Source: the human T2T-CHM13v2.0 reference genome, Homo sapiens. Taken from it: a DNA stretch of 64,000 nucleotides. Below the pieces are notes generated by a model. The model had not been told where the DNA came from. It ran no database searches and saw nothing but the letters and a program-made list of their open reading frames with translations. Below are positions 1 through 16,667 of this stretch, piece after piece. The stretch lies in the NCBI RefSeq assembly GCF_009914755.1, contig NC_060937.1. One strand, written 5' to 3'. How positions within the stretch are numbered: the stretch's first letter is position 1; each line of letters starts with the position of its first letter. The position numbers were made by a program, and so were the translations under genes.

Positions 1-251
1 ACACCCACTGGTTTCTCTTTCCAGTAAACTTTCATGGGAGTTATATTTAATGACCCCGTTCATAAAAACAGGCTCCTTGCTGTCTGATAGAGTATTATTA
101 CTATGAATGAAGAGATTCCTTAAGTATTTAAAGCTATCCACAGATTTGCAAAGTGTCTGTTAAAAGCTGCTTTCATCTTTGCTTTTCTTTGGGAACTACC
201 TTTTGTTGATGTTGTTCTTGTTGTTATAGTGGTTGTTGCTGTTAGTGTTCA
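1..251 (-). pseudogene. Candidate decayed coding exon (unidentified gene), runs off the window edge
   Basis: Minus-strand acceptor gcttgttttcttcag/TG at 252. One frame reads 83 codons with two stops (NTNSNNHYNNKNNINKR*FPKKSKDESSF*QTLCKSVDSFKYLRNLFIHS...). No homolog recognised, so this could be chance. Confidence 0.2.
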
Positions 252-714
252 CTGAAGAAAACAAGCTCTTACAAACAAAAAAGCATGAACAAAAAGAAAT
301 AACTGGAGTGGGGGATGGACTCAGGCTTTTTTATGTGAGTTCTGTTCTCACTTCTACCACTATTTTCTTTTTATTTATTGAAATGATTCTGTAGCTCAGC
401 AAGGGGAAAACAAAAGGCATGAAAATTCATTTAAGTACTCTCTTTTATTTATGTTAACATTTCATCATATGCTGTTTAACAATTTACTAAATGTTTATTA
501 TGCACAGAGTTGCATTCTCAAGAGAATAAATAAGTTTCTGTCAGCACTTCTTTTAAGAAATCCTATTTTGGTTGTGGATTTTAAAAATTCATGATAAACA
601 TTTCCTTCAGGAAGAAGCCGAGAAAGAAAATGCTTTGACACTGCTGATAAGTGAGCTTGTAACTAAAGAAATGGAAAACAAACACGTGCATAAATATTCA
701 CTGTGTGTATATGT

Positions 715-817
715 GAAGGGAAAGAGGAGGGAGGGAGACAGGAAAAGAGAGAAGGAGAGAGGAAGAGAGAAAGAGATAAAGAGAGAGAGGGACAGAGCAT
801 GTGAAAGAGTGAGAGAA
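715..817 (+). repeat. GA-rich low-complexity / (GA)n-like repeat
   Basis: Purine-rich run gagagaaggagagaggaagagagaaagag; it produces the RE-rich ORF 572..820. Confidence 0.85.
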
Positions 818-1099
818 TAAAAACATAATTAATTCCTGGATTTTATGATCTCCCTGATTGCTTCAGTGTTAACATTCCCACAGTTTGTCACCAGTCATAC
901 TTGCAAAATAGAAATAGAAAAGCACAGAGAATAGACTAGATGATGTCCAAGGTTCTCCCAGCTCCGAAGTTTTATTATTATATTAAGAAAAATATAGAAT
1001 AGAAAATAAATGTCAAATAAATGTCAAAAGATGAAGAATGGCAATCTCTACTACTTTCATATATCCTACATCATTTGACTCATATGTGGAGATTATGTG

Positions 1100-1162
<63 letters not shown>
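1100..1162. repeat. (TA)n(CA)~24 microsatellite
   Basis: Directly visible. Confidence 0.97.
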
Positions 1163-1163
<1 letters not shown>

Positions 1164-1289
1164 CATACATGAAATTTACCAGCACTAAGTTTTCATACTG
1201 AAAAATAAGAGAATTGGGTTGGAGGAAGAGTGACATTCTTGTCTTCCCTTCTTAATTATTTAATTTTTTAAAAGGAATGAGAACATTTA

Positions 1290-1511
1290 TCAGTAGATTA
1301 TTATTTGTCAGGCACTCTTAGAAGCACTATATTAACTTATTGATATTTTTGATAACCTTATAATGCAAGAGTATTATGATAGTATCCTGATTTTTTAGAT
1401 GCACAGAATTCAAACATGAGCAGTTAAAACTTGCCAAAGTCACAGTGCCTCTAAGCAGCAGAGCAGGGTTTCTCAACCAAGTAGTCAGGTTCTGAGCTTA
1501 TCCAGCACATC
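1290..1511 (-). mobile_element. MIR SINE (degraded)
   Basis: MIR core-like ttttagatg...acttgccaaagtcacag...agcagagcagggttt. Confidence 0.6.
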
Positions 1512-1515
1512 AATC

Positions 1516-2122
1516 TGTAACTACCCAGTGGGTTCTCTTTGCCTGCTGCCTAGACAGAGCTGATTTATCAAAACAGGGGGATTGCAATAGAGAAAGAGTT
1601 TAATACATGCAGAGCCGGCCTTATGAGAGACCAGTGTTTTATTATTACTCAAATCAGTCTCCCCGAAAATGCAGGAATAGGATTTTTTAAGGACAATTTA
1701 GTGGGTAGGGGGTCAGAAAATGGGTAGTGCTGATTGGTTGGGTCAGAGATGAAATCATAGAGAGTTGAAGCTGTCCTTTTGCACTGAGTCAGTTCCTGAG
1801 TGGAAGCCACAAGACCAGATGAGAATCTTGCAGCCTCTAGCTGCATGACTCCTAAACCATAATGTCTAATCTTGTAGCCAATTTGTTAGTCCTGCAAAGG
1901 CAGTCTAATCCCCAGGCAGGAGGGGATTTATTTGGGGAAAGGCTGTTATGGTCTTTATTTCAAAGCTAACCTATAAAGTAAGTTCCTCCAAAAGTTAGTT
2001 CGTCCTACACCCAGGAATGAACAAGGACAGCTGGGAGGTTAGAAGCAAGATGGAGTTGGTTAGGTCAGATCTCTTTCACTGTAATAGTTGCCTCAGTTAT
2101 AATTTTTGCAAAGGTAGTTTCA
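1516..2122 (-). mobile_element. LTR8-type ERV1 solo LTR
   Basis: TG...CA ends. Minus strand begins TGAAACTACCTTTGCAAAAATTATAACTGAGG as in LTR8. Perfect 4-bp TSD AATC at 1512-1515 and 2123-2126. Confidence 0.88.
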
Positions 2123-3381
2123 AATCTAGCTCCACCTCTCCAAAGAAGATTGTGACATGACTCTCTCACTAACCACATGCAGATTTTGCTGTATAACCAA
2201 AATGTAACAAAGAGAAAGACATTTTTCTGTTTATATAAAATAGTTTTCTGAAGGTGAAACCAAAATAAACATCTTCTATAAGCCTTTGGTTCAGATATAA
2301 CAGTTAATATCTTAATGAATATTCTTATAGTTACTTTTGGTTTTATAAAGCTTCACTGTAACTTATCGATATAGTGAGCATTTCTCAATGTCATTAAATC
2401 TTCATTGAGTGCATGCTTTTGAATGTTAATTTAATTGTGTCAAATTTATTTGATAATGGCTGCTTTTAAAACACATAAACATAGCTGGCTTACTGAATCT
2501 TGCTCAGAAGCTTCAGTTAAACATCTTTAAGTAATGAAATTAACCAATCTGTCTGCATTAGTTTTCTGTGCTGTGTAACAGGTTACCAGAAACTCAGTGG
2601 CTAAAAATTACATACATTTTTAATCAAATGGCTTGTATGGGTTAGGAGTCCAGACATGGCTTAGCTGAGTCATCTGCTCTGGGTCTTAAGGCTGCAGTCA
2701 AGGTGTCAGCAGGCTACATTCTTATCTGGGGGCTCAACTGGGAGAGAATCAGCTTTGAAGTTTCCTCAAGTTATTGGCAGTATTCATTTCCTTGCTGCTA
2801 TTGATCAGATAGCTTCTGTTTCTTGCTAGCTGTGTGCCATAGGCTGCCTGGCCACAAAAGGTCATCTCATCTGTAGTTCCTTGCCCAGTGGCCATCTCCA
2901 CAGGCAGTTCACAAGTCATGTGCTTTTTCAAGGCTAGAAAGAGTGAGAACCAGAACTAGCAAAAAGAGTCTTATATAATGTTTCACAATCATGGGCGTGA
3001 CATCCATCATGTTTGTTGTATTCTTTTGATTAGAAGTGAAGACAATAAGGATATGCTACTCCAAAATATGCCAATTTGGCATAAGAATTATTTTGAGTTC
3101 TTGAAATCTATTATCTCTTTAAAAGCCTAGCTTCCCAAAAGAACTAAAAAGAACTAAGTTGTCATAAATCCCTTCCCTGGGGGCAACTTTATTCTTCTTG
3201 GACACCACATCCAGACAGACATTGTCACAAACTAACACATTCCCATGTAATTTCTTGAGAGCCCAAATACTCACTTGCTTTTCCATAAGTGCTCTTTCAT
3301 CTCCTCTTTCCCCTAGGAAGTTAGGTATATCAACCTCAAATTCTAACCACTCCTTTGGTGGGTAGGGGTTCAGAAATTTCC

Positions 3382-5798
<2,417 letters not shown>

Positions 5799-5809
5799 CA
5801 GAAATTTCC

Positions 5810-6005
<196 letters not shown>

Positions 6006-7175
6006 TGAGTACTCCTATGTGTCTGCAGGATGCACATATAAATAAACTTCTTTTTTTCTCTTGTTAATGTATTTTTGTCATCCTAATTTAAAGGGTCCCA
6101 GCTGGATAACCTAGGAGGAGATAGGGAAGCTTCCTCGACAAGTCACCACCACACTTAATGGGGAGAGCAGATTACTCAAAGGCACAAATGTGAACAGGTA
6201 GGGATGTGGTTCCTCACACTGTTCCCTCTTCACTGGAGCATCCTTGGTATATAGAGTTGCTCAAGAACAAAGCATATCTGTGACAAGTGTTACAGGTGAG
6301 GGTTTCTGTCTCAGTGATCATTAAGTTAAGGCTAAAACAACAGTTAATTTTCCCTTCCAGGAAATCCTAATATGTGTGGTAAGTGTCTGTAGACAGGCAG
6401 TTCAGTGATTCAGTGATACCTTCTTTTTCCTCCTTAGTTTCAGCTGATCCTGAGGAGTGCAGAAGAAAGTGCCTTCAGGTCTCCCCAGAGTAAATTTCGT
6501 GAAAAACAGGTAGTCAGTAATTGCAGACAGACTACACAAAATATATTATCAAAGTCAGGTGGCAATCTATCCACCCTTTCTGTGTATTGGGATTACAAAT
6601 CTATGTTGTTTAAGGAAATAATGCGATTTTTAGAGGTTTTTTTTTTCCCAAAGAGCCAATTTTTTTCATACCACCTACAAAATAGCCTATCTCTTTATTA
6701 CTTATTTACTCACTTACTCATTTATTCATTCATTGATTTAATAAATACTCTTGAGTTACCAGGAATAATTTGTTCAGCCTCTTTGTCAGAAGCTATGAAT
6801 ACAGTGGTGAATGAGATATGATTCCTGCCTCAAAAAGATTAGAATGCATTGGAGAAAACACATTAGAAAAACCTAAACAAACATCTAAAATAGTAATTAA
6901 TCATATGACAATAGGAGATACAAAGCAAACTAACAGAATTCTGTATTGTATCATAAAATAATAAGGCGAGTTTTATTTCATTAGTGCATCCCAAGCAAAG
7001 AGGCTTACGTTGTAAGTGTCCAGGTATCTGCCCGAAAAGCTTCTCAAGATTTTAAGCAATGTGTACAAGCAATAACAGGAATTATCTTTTGAGCAAACTA
7101 TCCCTTATCAGAAATCCCTTATCTTTCTCCATTTTTTTCTAGTAGAAAACATCAAGGGTTTTTGCGCCCACTCCC

Positions 7176-7177
<2 letters not shown>

Positions 7178-7208
<31 letters not shown>
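7178..7208. repeat. (CA)n microsatellite
   Basis: Directly visible. Confidence 0.95.
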
Positions 7209-7209
<1 letters not shown>

Positions 7210-9582
7210 TTTAATCTGGCATATGGTATTCCAAAACATAATTGAACAATTGTTGCTTAATGATTCAGCAATATTACTCAAGATATGTTCCCAGAAAATT
7301 CTTAATAATTCTATTTGATAGTAGAAGCACAGGTAGAATCAAAATTATATGAGCAGTAAGGAATATAGGGAGGTCAAGTGTTTTTCTAAGAGCATTTTGT
7401 CCCATTATAATCCTACACATTAATTGGGAAAGAAAAGGACTCTTTCCATTATTCAGCCTTTACATTCAGAAACATGGTATAGCTCTCCATGTAGCTAAAT
7501 ATTTCATTTTTTCTCAGTAAAGTTTTATCAAGTTCTCCCTATAGGTCTTACCCATTTTCTTTTTAGGGTTATTTTAAATTATACATAAGTGTTTTGGTTG
7601 CTACTGACTGTAAACAATGATTGCCATTATGTCTTCTAATGGTTGCCACTGGTTTGAAATGTAATTGATTTTTGCGCATTTATTTTATATCTGACCATTA
7701 CTAATTCCGTTAAGTTTTGACAGTCGCTTGAATGGAAATGACATTCACAAAAGATATGTCAAGGCTCACAACACTAGTTTTGAGCTCCATTTTTACTAAC
7801 TAGTTATTTCAGAAACTATTTTTAATTTCTAAATGGTTAACTTTGTTTAAAGTCTTAGTATTACTTTTAGCTTTATAGAATGTAGCATACTTAGACTATT
7901 GAGACAAGTACAAAGATTTTTTTAAGAACAAGAATACATTTTATAAATGCCCCTTGAGACTTTGAACATCTTTCTTTTTATTCTTCCTCTTCTGTCTTTT
8001 TTGGCATGGTACAGTTTTTATTAAAGTTTCAGGAATATGGAAGGTATACAATTTTAAATTTTCAAAATTATAATTTTATTTGCATATTTTGTCAATGGCA
8101 AAACTGAGATGGCTTTTTTGTTCCATTCCTTTTTACAGTTCTTCCTACCCCTTTCACTGCTTCCTGTCTATATCACTGTAATTTAGTAAAAAAATTTATT
8201 TTAAAAATATTGATACACAATTATAATATATATAAAATCATTTAGATGAGTATTTAATGACAGTACTATGTATTGCAAGTCTTTTTCCATTATGATTCTC
8301 TATTTTGAGCTTTTAATTTAGTTTCCTCTCTTAGACTCGAAAAGGCTGTGTACTGTATAATTTTTTCAGTCTTTGCATAGGTGATTTTCTTTGCACAAGA
8401 AATGAGAGAGTAGAGCATACAATTATTTAGCTACAATAAATAAAAGACTCTAGTATTTTGTTAATAAAAATGTTCAAGTATTTACAAGCCCACATTGAAG
8501 ATACATATTGTACAGTGTATAGTGTACTTATAATTGTTAGGCTTAATTGGGTTAAGTATAAATATCTAAGAATAGAAAGAAGCAGTGGAAAAGTTTCTTT
8601 TAAATACTGAATATTGTATAAAATCTATAAAGGTCTAGGGATGTCCTTGACTAGAGACTTTTATGAGGAAGAAATGAAGCATTGAACCGACTAAGTCTTC
8701 CCCTCATGTTCTTCTGAGTAAAAACACCTGTGGTTTCATCTGCTAACTCTTTGCTCAGGGTGATAGGTGAATACAAGCTTTCTTCTTTCTGTGCTTAAAT
8801 ATCTCTAGAAACTTAAAGGCCATCTGTACCCTAAAGTTAGGTCATGCACAAGTGAAAACTCTCCTGCCATGTAGCCCCACCCACTGCCCAGGTACCTAAT
8901 GCCATGCTTTCATTCCTGTCTGGCTTTGTTCCCTTGGTGCTGGGTACACAGTTCCGCCTCTATGATTTAGGCCACTCTGGAACTTGTCACTGGCAAAGAC
9001 TCTTTATAGTTGCAATTACTACTTCTCTCTACAATTATACCCTGTAAGAGGTCAAGTTGAATATATCAGGGGCCTTATACACACTGCCTACCTACATCTT
9101 AACTCATGTAAATCCCAGATGTTGCACTTTAGCAGAGCACTTCTTTGGGGAATATTCTGGTTGTTATTTTCACTTTCTTAGCAACGAGGTAATCTAAGGA
9201 GGTATTTTTCCTTTCATTTCACTTCTATGTCTGTTCTGGTTTGTTCTGCAATGGTAACAGGTGAAACAATCTGGGGAAATGTGTCTTTGATGATAGGACT
9301 CGTCTCTGAGCCACTTTTAGGGCTCAAAAACAGTTTGCAGAAAGGTGGAGTTTCTGGAGGAGGAATGAAGTAGGGAAGCTTTTTCTTTCTCAAGACGTAC
9401 TTTCTTTTGTATGTTGTCACTGCTCTTCCTCCTCTCCATGTTACTATTTAGATGGGCCCAGTGCTCATTTCCACTCAGGAGGATCTCTCTTATGCGGAAC
9501 ACTTAGCTCTTAGAAGGTAAAATAAAGAGTAAGAAGCCATGGTATGGGTGGCTTAAGTGAGTTCTGTGTAAGAATTGGATTC

Positions 9583-9779
9583 GAGTGGCCAGTGTAATAC
9601 AGGGCAACCAGTTCCATTTCAATTTCAGATAATCAGTGAATACTTTTTTTCAGCATAAGTATGTCCCAATTATTGCTGGGTATACACTCACACTAAAAAG
9701 TATTCTTTTTTAAATCTGGAATTCAAATTTAACTAGGTGTTCTGTATCATATTTTTATTTTCTAAAACTGCCAATCTTA
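9583..9779. mobile_element. MER53 palindromic MITE (hAT-type DNA transposon)
   Basis: Degenerate whole-element palindrome: aatttcagata...cataagtatgtcccaa...tgggtatacact...atctggaattcaaatttaact, matching MER53 architecture. Confidence 0.75.
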
Positions 9780-9966
9780 GATTGTACTAATGGTCAAGAC
9801 TGACATGTTGCTCATCCTAGATTACAATGATAGAAAATGTTATAATTAAAACCAATTTCCAAACTCAGGATAAAGATTTTGTATTTACAATTGCATTATA
9901 TAACCCATTTAAAGATACACAGGATTCAGGGAGGTAGGGAAATGGAGGTGAAATTTATAACAGCTG

Positions 9967-10436
9967 TGTAATTTGAAAAATTGGGGATTTGTTTGGTTGG
10001 TGAGTAATTAATGATTTTTATGAGAATGTTGGTTTTGATTAATAGGAGTTTTATTTGTTATAAGTAAGGAGAGTAATGGCAGCATTTTTAAAGTAGTGTT
10101 TTAATGAGGGAAACTGATAGAAGGTTTTTATGGGGTGATGGAGAGGGGAGGAGGTGAGTTATTAAATGCAGAGGAGGGACTTTGGTAGTGTAGATGTAGT
10201 GAATTATGTCGGTACATAGGTTGTATGTTATGGTAATAAAGTTATAGTTTTGGGGGGAGTGGAGACTTTAATATAGTAAGGAGGAATGTTTCTTTGTATT
10301 TATTTATAAGTTGTTGGGGTTTGTCAGAGGTTGGTTTTAGTTGACGAAGTGACCGTGTTTTATATAGAGTTAGGAAGAAAAACAGGCTGTAACGCAGGAG
10401 ACTGTAGTGCCTAGAGACCCTCCCCATCTGCTTACA
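9967..10436 (-). mobile_element. Solo LTR (provisionally LTR47-like), heavily G-to-A mutated on its sense strand
   Basis: Minus strand starts TGTAAGCAGATGGGGAGGGTCTC and ends ...TTACA. TATA-like CCATAAAAACC (~10123-10133) lies upstream of AATAAA (10050-10055). Length ~470 bp. TSD not recognisable. Confidence 0.7.
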
Positions 10437-10729
10437 CTTGGAGAAGGTTTGGAAATTTAAAATCCAGAGGAAATTTCAATACCAGAAGATATTACTAATA
10501 ATCACCTTCTTGCCCTGATTTCACTTTAGAAAATCAATCTTGCCAATGGAAGGAATTAAGCATAAAAGTATCTGTTATCACACAACCCCCATAAGCCTCA
10601 GAACATAACCTATAATGTATGCTAACACCATTTTGGCAGAATTAGCAAATGGTATTTAGTTTTTAATAGAAAATGTTTGAGGAAAATAGAAACAAATTTT
10701 TCAGTGCAAGACATGAAGTTATAGCATTC

Positions 10730-11445
10730 TATCTCTGCTTCTGAAGTGTCTTTCATCGCACCCTTTTTAACTAGACAATTTCTTATCACTCAAATCTCAC
10801 ATCACCTACTACAGAGAGCCCTCTATGGATCACCTCCCTCTCCCATGGAGAATTCTTTGAGGACAAGGATCATTACTTATTCAGCTCTGTATCCCTAGAA
10901 CCTAGTGAGAGGTGAAGCCAACTGGGCTTCTGGGTTGGGTGGGGACTTGGAGAACTTTTGTGTCTAGCTAAAGGATTGTAAATGCCCCAATCAGCACTCT
11001 GTAAAATGGACCAATCAGCGGGATGTGGGTGGGGCCAAATAAGGGACTAAAAGTTGGCCACAGGAGCCAGCAGCCGCAACCTGCTCGGGTACCCTTCCAC
11101 GTTATGCAAGCTTTGTTCTTATGCTCTTCACAATAAATCTTGTTGCTGATCACTCTTTGGGTCTGCACCACCTTTAAGAGCTGTAACACTTACTGCGAAG
11201 GTCTGTGGCTTCGCTCTTGAAGTCAGCGAGACTACGAACCCACCGGAAGGAAAAAACTCCAGACACATCCGAACATCTGAAGAAACAAACTCTGGACACA
11301 CCATCTTTAAGAACTGTAACACCGTGAGGGTCCACGGCTTCATTCTTGAAGTCAGCGAGATCAAGAACCCACCAAAAGAAACCAATTCTGGACACATTAA
11401 GAACCAGAGAAGCTCAAGAAATATTTGTTGAGTGAATGAAGAAGT
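10730..11445 (+). mobile_element. L2 LINE 3' end, interrupted by LTR12
   Basis: tttgaggacaaggatc...ctgtatccctagaacctag on the left; gctcaagaaatatttgttgagtgaatgaa tail on the right. Confidence 0.65.
10906..11396 (+). mobile_element. LTR12 (ERV9) solo LTR, short LTR12F-like form
   Basis: TGAGAGGTGAAGCC start, two CCAATCAGC boxes, U5 tandem units ctttaagagctgtaacac...gaagtcagcgagac, ends ctggacaca. Confidence 0.92.
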
Positions 11446-11970
11446 GAAATCTGCAATAAAATTGCATGGAAACAGTAACCACTAAGCAGATTTTGAAATG
11501 AGAGCTGTAGAACAATCTAAAATGCGCAATTGCAAATCTTTAAAACGATATTGGAAAATCATTAAACTAAGATAGGAGTTAATAGGAATTAAGAGCATGA
11601 GAATCTTTGAGCCCCATGTTAGAAAAGTGATGTTCAGTATTTAACCTTAATGTGCTTAAGTTTTAATTAGACATTTCATGTACTTCCTTCTTGACCAGGC
11701 CCCATTCTTTGGAACAGAGGACATTCAGCACGGGTAGATATTTATAAGATAAATTTTCCCTATTTTCTAATAAAATAAATAAATTGAACCATAATCACAT
11801 TGTGTTATTGAGGTCTCATCTAAATTTGTATGATCAGATATAGTGAGTGGCAATAAAAAGTGCCACTACATTTTAGAAAATGAAACATTTTTTAAAAATC
11901 CCTCTTCACTGCCCCACTTCACTTGACTAGCCTAAAAATAATAATCATGAAATATTAAAAATAAATGAAT

Positions 11971-13558
<1,588 letters not shown>

Positions 13559-13919
13559 CATTAATTACATAAAATCTGAAAATATTCTTACCCTTAAACA
13601 TGGGAATTATATTTCTAGATTAATTCAAGTATAAAACGATTTTTATCGACAAAGAGGTATATTGATTCATTATATATTGCAACATGGGACAGGAGACAAT
13701 CTAGCTATCCAGCAATCAGAAAATGGTTAAATAAGTTACAATACCTACGTTCAACTAGAAATTATTTAGCTCCTTAAAATATTGTTTAGAAAAACATTAC
13801 TCACAAACCATTTATAATACTTCATTGTAAAATTAAATATAATCAAAATATAATTGAAACAAAAAGATTATTAGGAAAAGTAATTGGAGAAAGTAGAACA
13901 AAAATAACATTTTCAAAAA

Positions 13920-14110
13920 AATGGTTATTCGACACTTTTTATGTGCCAGACAATTTTCTAAGTATTTTAAATATGTTAACTCATTTAAGCCTCATAACAG
14001 CCCTATGGAATAAGTACCATTATTATTGACAGTTTTACAAATAAGGATGTAAGAAACAAAGATGTTAAGTAACTTGCATAAAGTCACACTTTAAAATCAG
14101 TAGAAGAGAA
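13920..14110 (-). mobile_element. MIR SINE
   Basis: atgtgccagac...actcatttaagcctcataacagccctatg...gttaagtaacttgc. Confidence 0.75.
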
Positions 14111-14829
14111 AATATTCAAACAGAGGCTACCAATAGCACAGTTATAAGTATGCATCCATGTTGGCATTTATCACCTTTTAAAATTTTTCTTTATGTTGTG
14201 TCATATTGTATATGAAATTATTGTATATATAATTTCATTATTCATTACTTAATATTTTCAGCAAATAATATTTAATTGAGCAGGACTTTGAGACATTAAG
14301 ATGAACTGTGCTGTTTCATCTGAACTTGAAATTTTTTTAGTTCTGCCTTACGAAAAAGCCTTTTTATACCCTGATATCTGAATATTTAGCAGTGAGGTCC
14401 ACCATTGATATTAAATTCTTCTCGATGGCAAATAGCATACCAGGATATAATTTAATTGCAATCCTGGAAGGTAACAGAAAAAGATGAGATCACACAGGCC
14501 ATTAGTCTCGAGGCATAGGTGGAGATCAGTCAAGTGAAAAGGAAGCAGGTGTCTAAGTTAGATGGCAAGAGACACAATTAGTAGTTCCCCGGATTTGCAC
14601 AGGAGCCTCCTGAGGCTCACGTAACCGCTTCCCAGCAGGCGTGCAGTCTGACACCTGAAATGGCAAGCTGAGCTAAGAAACCTCAGGATAGCAGTCACCT
14701 AGCTGGAAACAGGGTTGCTGCCGGAGGGAGGAGAGGGGTATGTGGCAATGCTCCCGCAAATCCCTAAAGAGCGCTGCTCCATTTCCCTGGGCCACAGTCT
14801 CTGCAAGGTGTGCTGTAAACACGCCCTGG

Positions 14830-14954
14830 AAATGCATCCGTTCTACAGTTATTTCCATCCTAGCGTAGCACTCCTGTAGCCTTGTTTCAAGGCTTGTTTC
14901 AAGGCTGCAGAAGTGCTACGCTAGGATGGAAATAACTGTAGAATGGATGCATTT
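14830..14954. repeat. Inverted repeat, 55-bp arms with 3 mismatches, 15-nt spacer
   Basis: 14830-14884 is the reverse complement of 14900-14954 at 52 of 55 positions. Confidence 0.95.
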
Positions 14955-16667
14955 TGTTCTACAGGTTCAAAATGCTCATACTTAAGTACAATCTAGGGAC
15001 ACTTTATTCTAGAACCTGTGTGACTGAAATTATAAATGTGAACACTCCCTTATATGATTCACTTTTTTAAAAAAAATTTCATTGTTGTCTTTTGTACTTT
15101 GGCATTATCCAGTCAAAATTAATAACAACAAAAAGCTAAGGTATTATTTTTTTCAAGATGAACAGATCTTATAATCTCATTCTCGATAAAAATAACTTTA
15201 ATGTGTTGAATCAGGTGAGACATCTAGATATCTAGCTTTCTAGTGTTATTCACATGTTTTAGAAGCATGTCTACCTCCATCTCTGTTCCTTTAAGTATGA
15301 ATATTATCAACAAGAAAGGATATCTGAACAACGGCACTACAAGTAAAGTGATAGAACTTAGTTTATATATTCAAGTCCTAGGCTAAGTGCTTTCACAAGT
15401 ATTAACATGTGAGAAGAAAATATTCCTCTTGGAAGTGATTGCCACATCATATCCTCTAACGAACAACTTTCTGTCACCTGATATTTTCTTATCATAAATA
15501 ATATGCATGCATTGCCAAACACTGTAATCTGATTTTCTCTAGGTAACAGCTTGAAACAATGCAATACAACTCTGCTTTTTCTTTTACTAAATAATCGACT
15601 TAGCAAGTGTTACAGGACCAGTATTGAGATTCCTCTTCTGGACCATTATAATTTCAAATATTATGCTTCTCCATCTCCACCCATTAGATAGGTATATTGC
15701 AATACATGGGAAAAAAAGGTATAGCTATAGATATGTCTCCAAGGACAAATGCTTTGTGTTTTATATGCTTAAACAGATTTTAGGATTGTAAACCCTTTTC
15801 AAGTGCCATGTTGCTGTAGAAATTAGTTATAATCTGACAATATTTGTTCACAGTAATGCCCTGTACAAACATATATTGGGGTTGGGTGTTCTAAATTATA
15901 TTAGTACTAAATCTTTATGAAGACAACTGCTACAACATAATCCCTCTGTCTTCTGGATAAACTGTTGTCAACACTGTGTACACTTGGCTACATTTTCAAT
16001 GTGTATCAATTGTGGATTTGAATAAACTAGGCTCCTCTATAAATGTTCAGTCCTTACAAAGTTAGCATCTTTATCTGAGTTTATTTATCAAATTGACTGC
16101 AGTATTAGTACAAGGGAATACTGCTATAGATACTTAGGATGAATGTCATGTCTTTCTTAATGACATTTCCTGATTAATGTTTAACATAATGCGCTAACAG
16201 AGCTTGCACGTGGAGAGCAGGGCATCAGAATGCTTAAATACAAGGCCCACAGTTGCTAACTAAAAGTCACGAGCCCTGGATAAGTCATTTAACTATTCTA
16301 GAATCAGTTTGTTAGGGTCTAAACTATCTCGGAGCCCTCAAATCTGATCAGCCTATGTATGTCTTCTAAGACAAGCCATAGGTTTCTATTATTTATCCAG
16401 TAAACAATTTTTTAACCTCTATTACTCTTCAAACAATGTAGGATGTATAGCATTGCACAAATTTCTTTCACAGATATTACCATGTAGATGCCAAATCATA
16501 CAAAATGCAAGAAATTATTAAGGACTGTAATCAGCATCACAGGAAAGATGAAACATTTTCTGGAATTTCAAAGAAAGGAAAGCACACTACATCCCATAGT
16601 CAACAAATAATAAAGATCTACCAGATGACAGGCAATGTGTTCAAGCCTTGCGTTTCATAGATAAAAA

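Noticed and set aside
9965-10380. NUMT, since the G/T-rich strand resembles the mtDNA heavy strand; or a bisulfite artefact
   Set aside because: No mitochondrial gene, tRNA or rRNA motif is recognisable. The skew sits inside LTR-like TG...CA boundaries and the flanks have normal C content.
11170-11396. Spaced direct repeats resembling an array
   Set aside because: These are the normal U5 tandem units of LTR12, not CRISPR-like.
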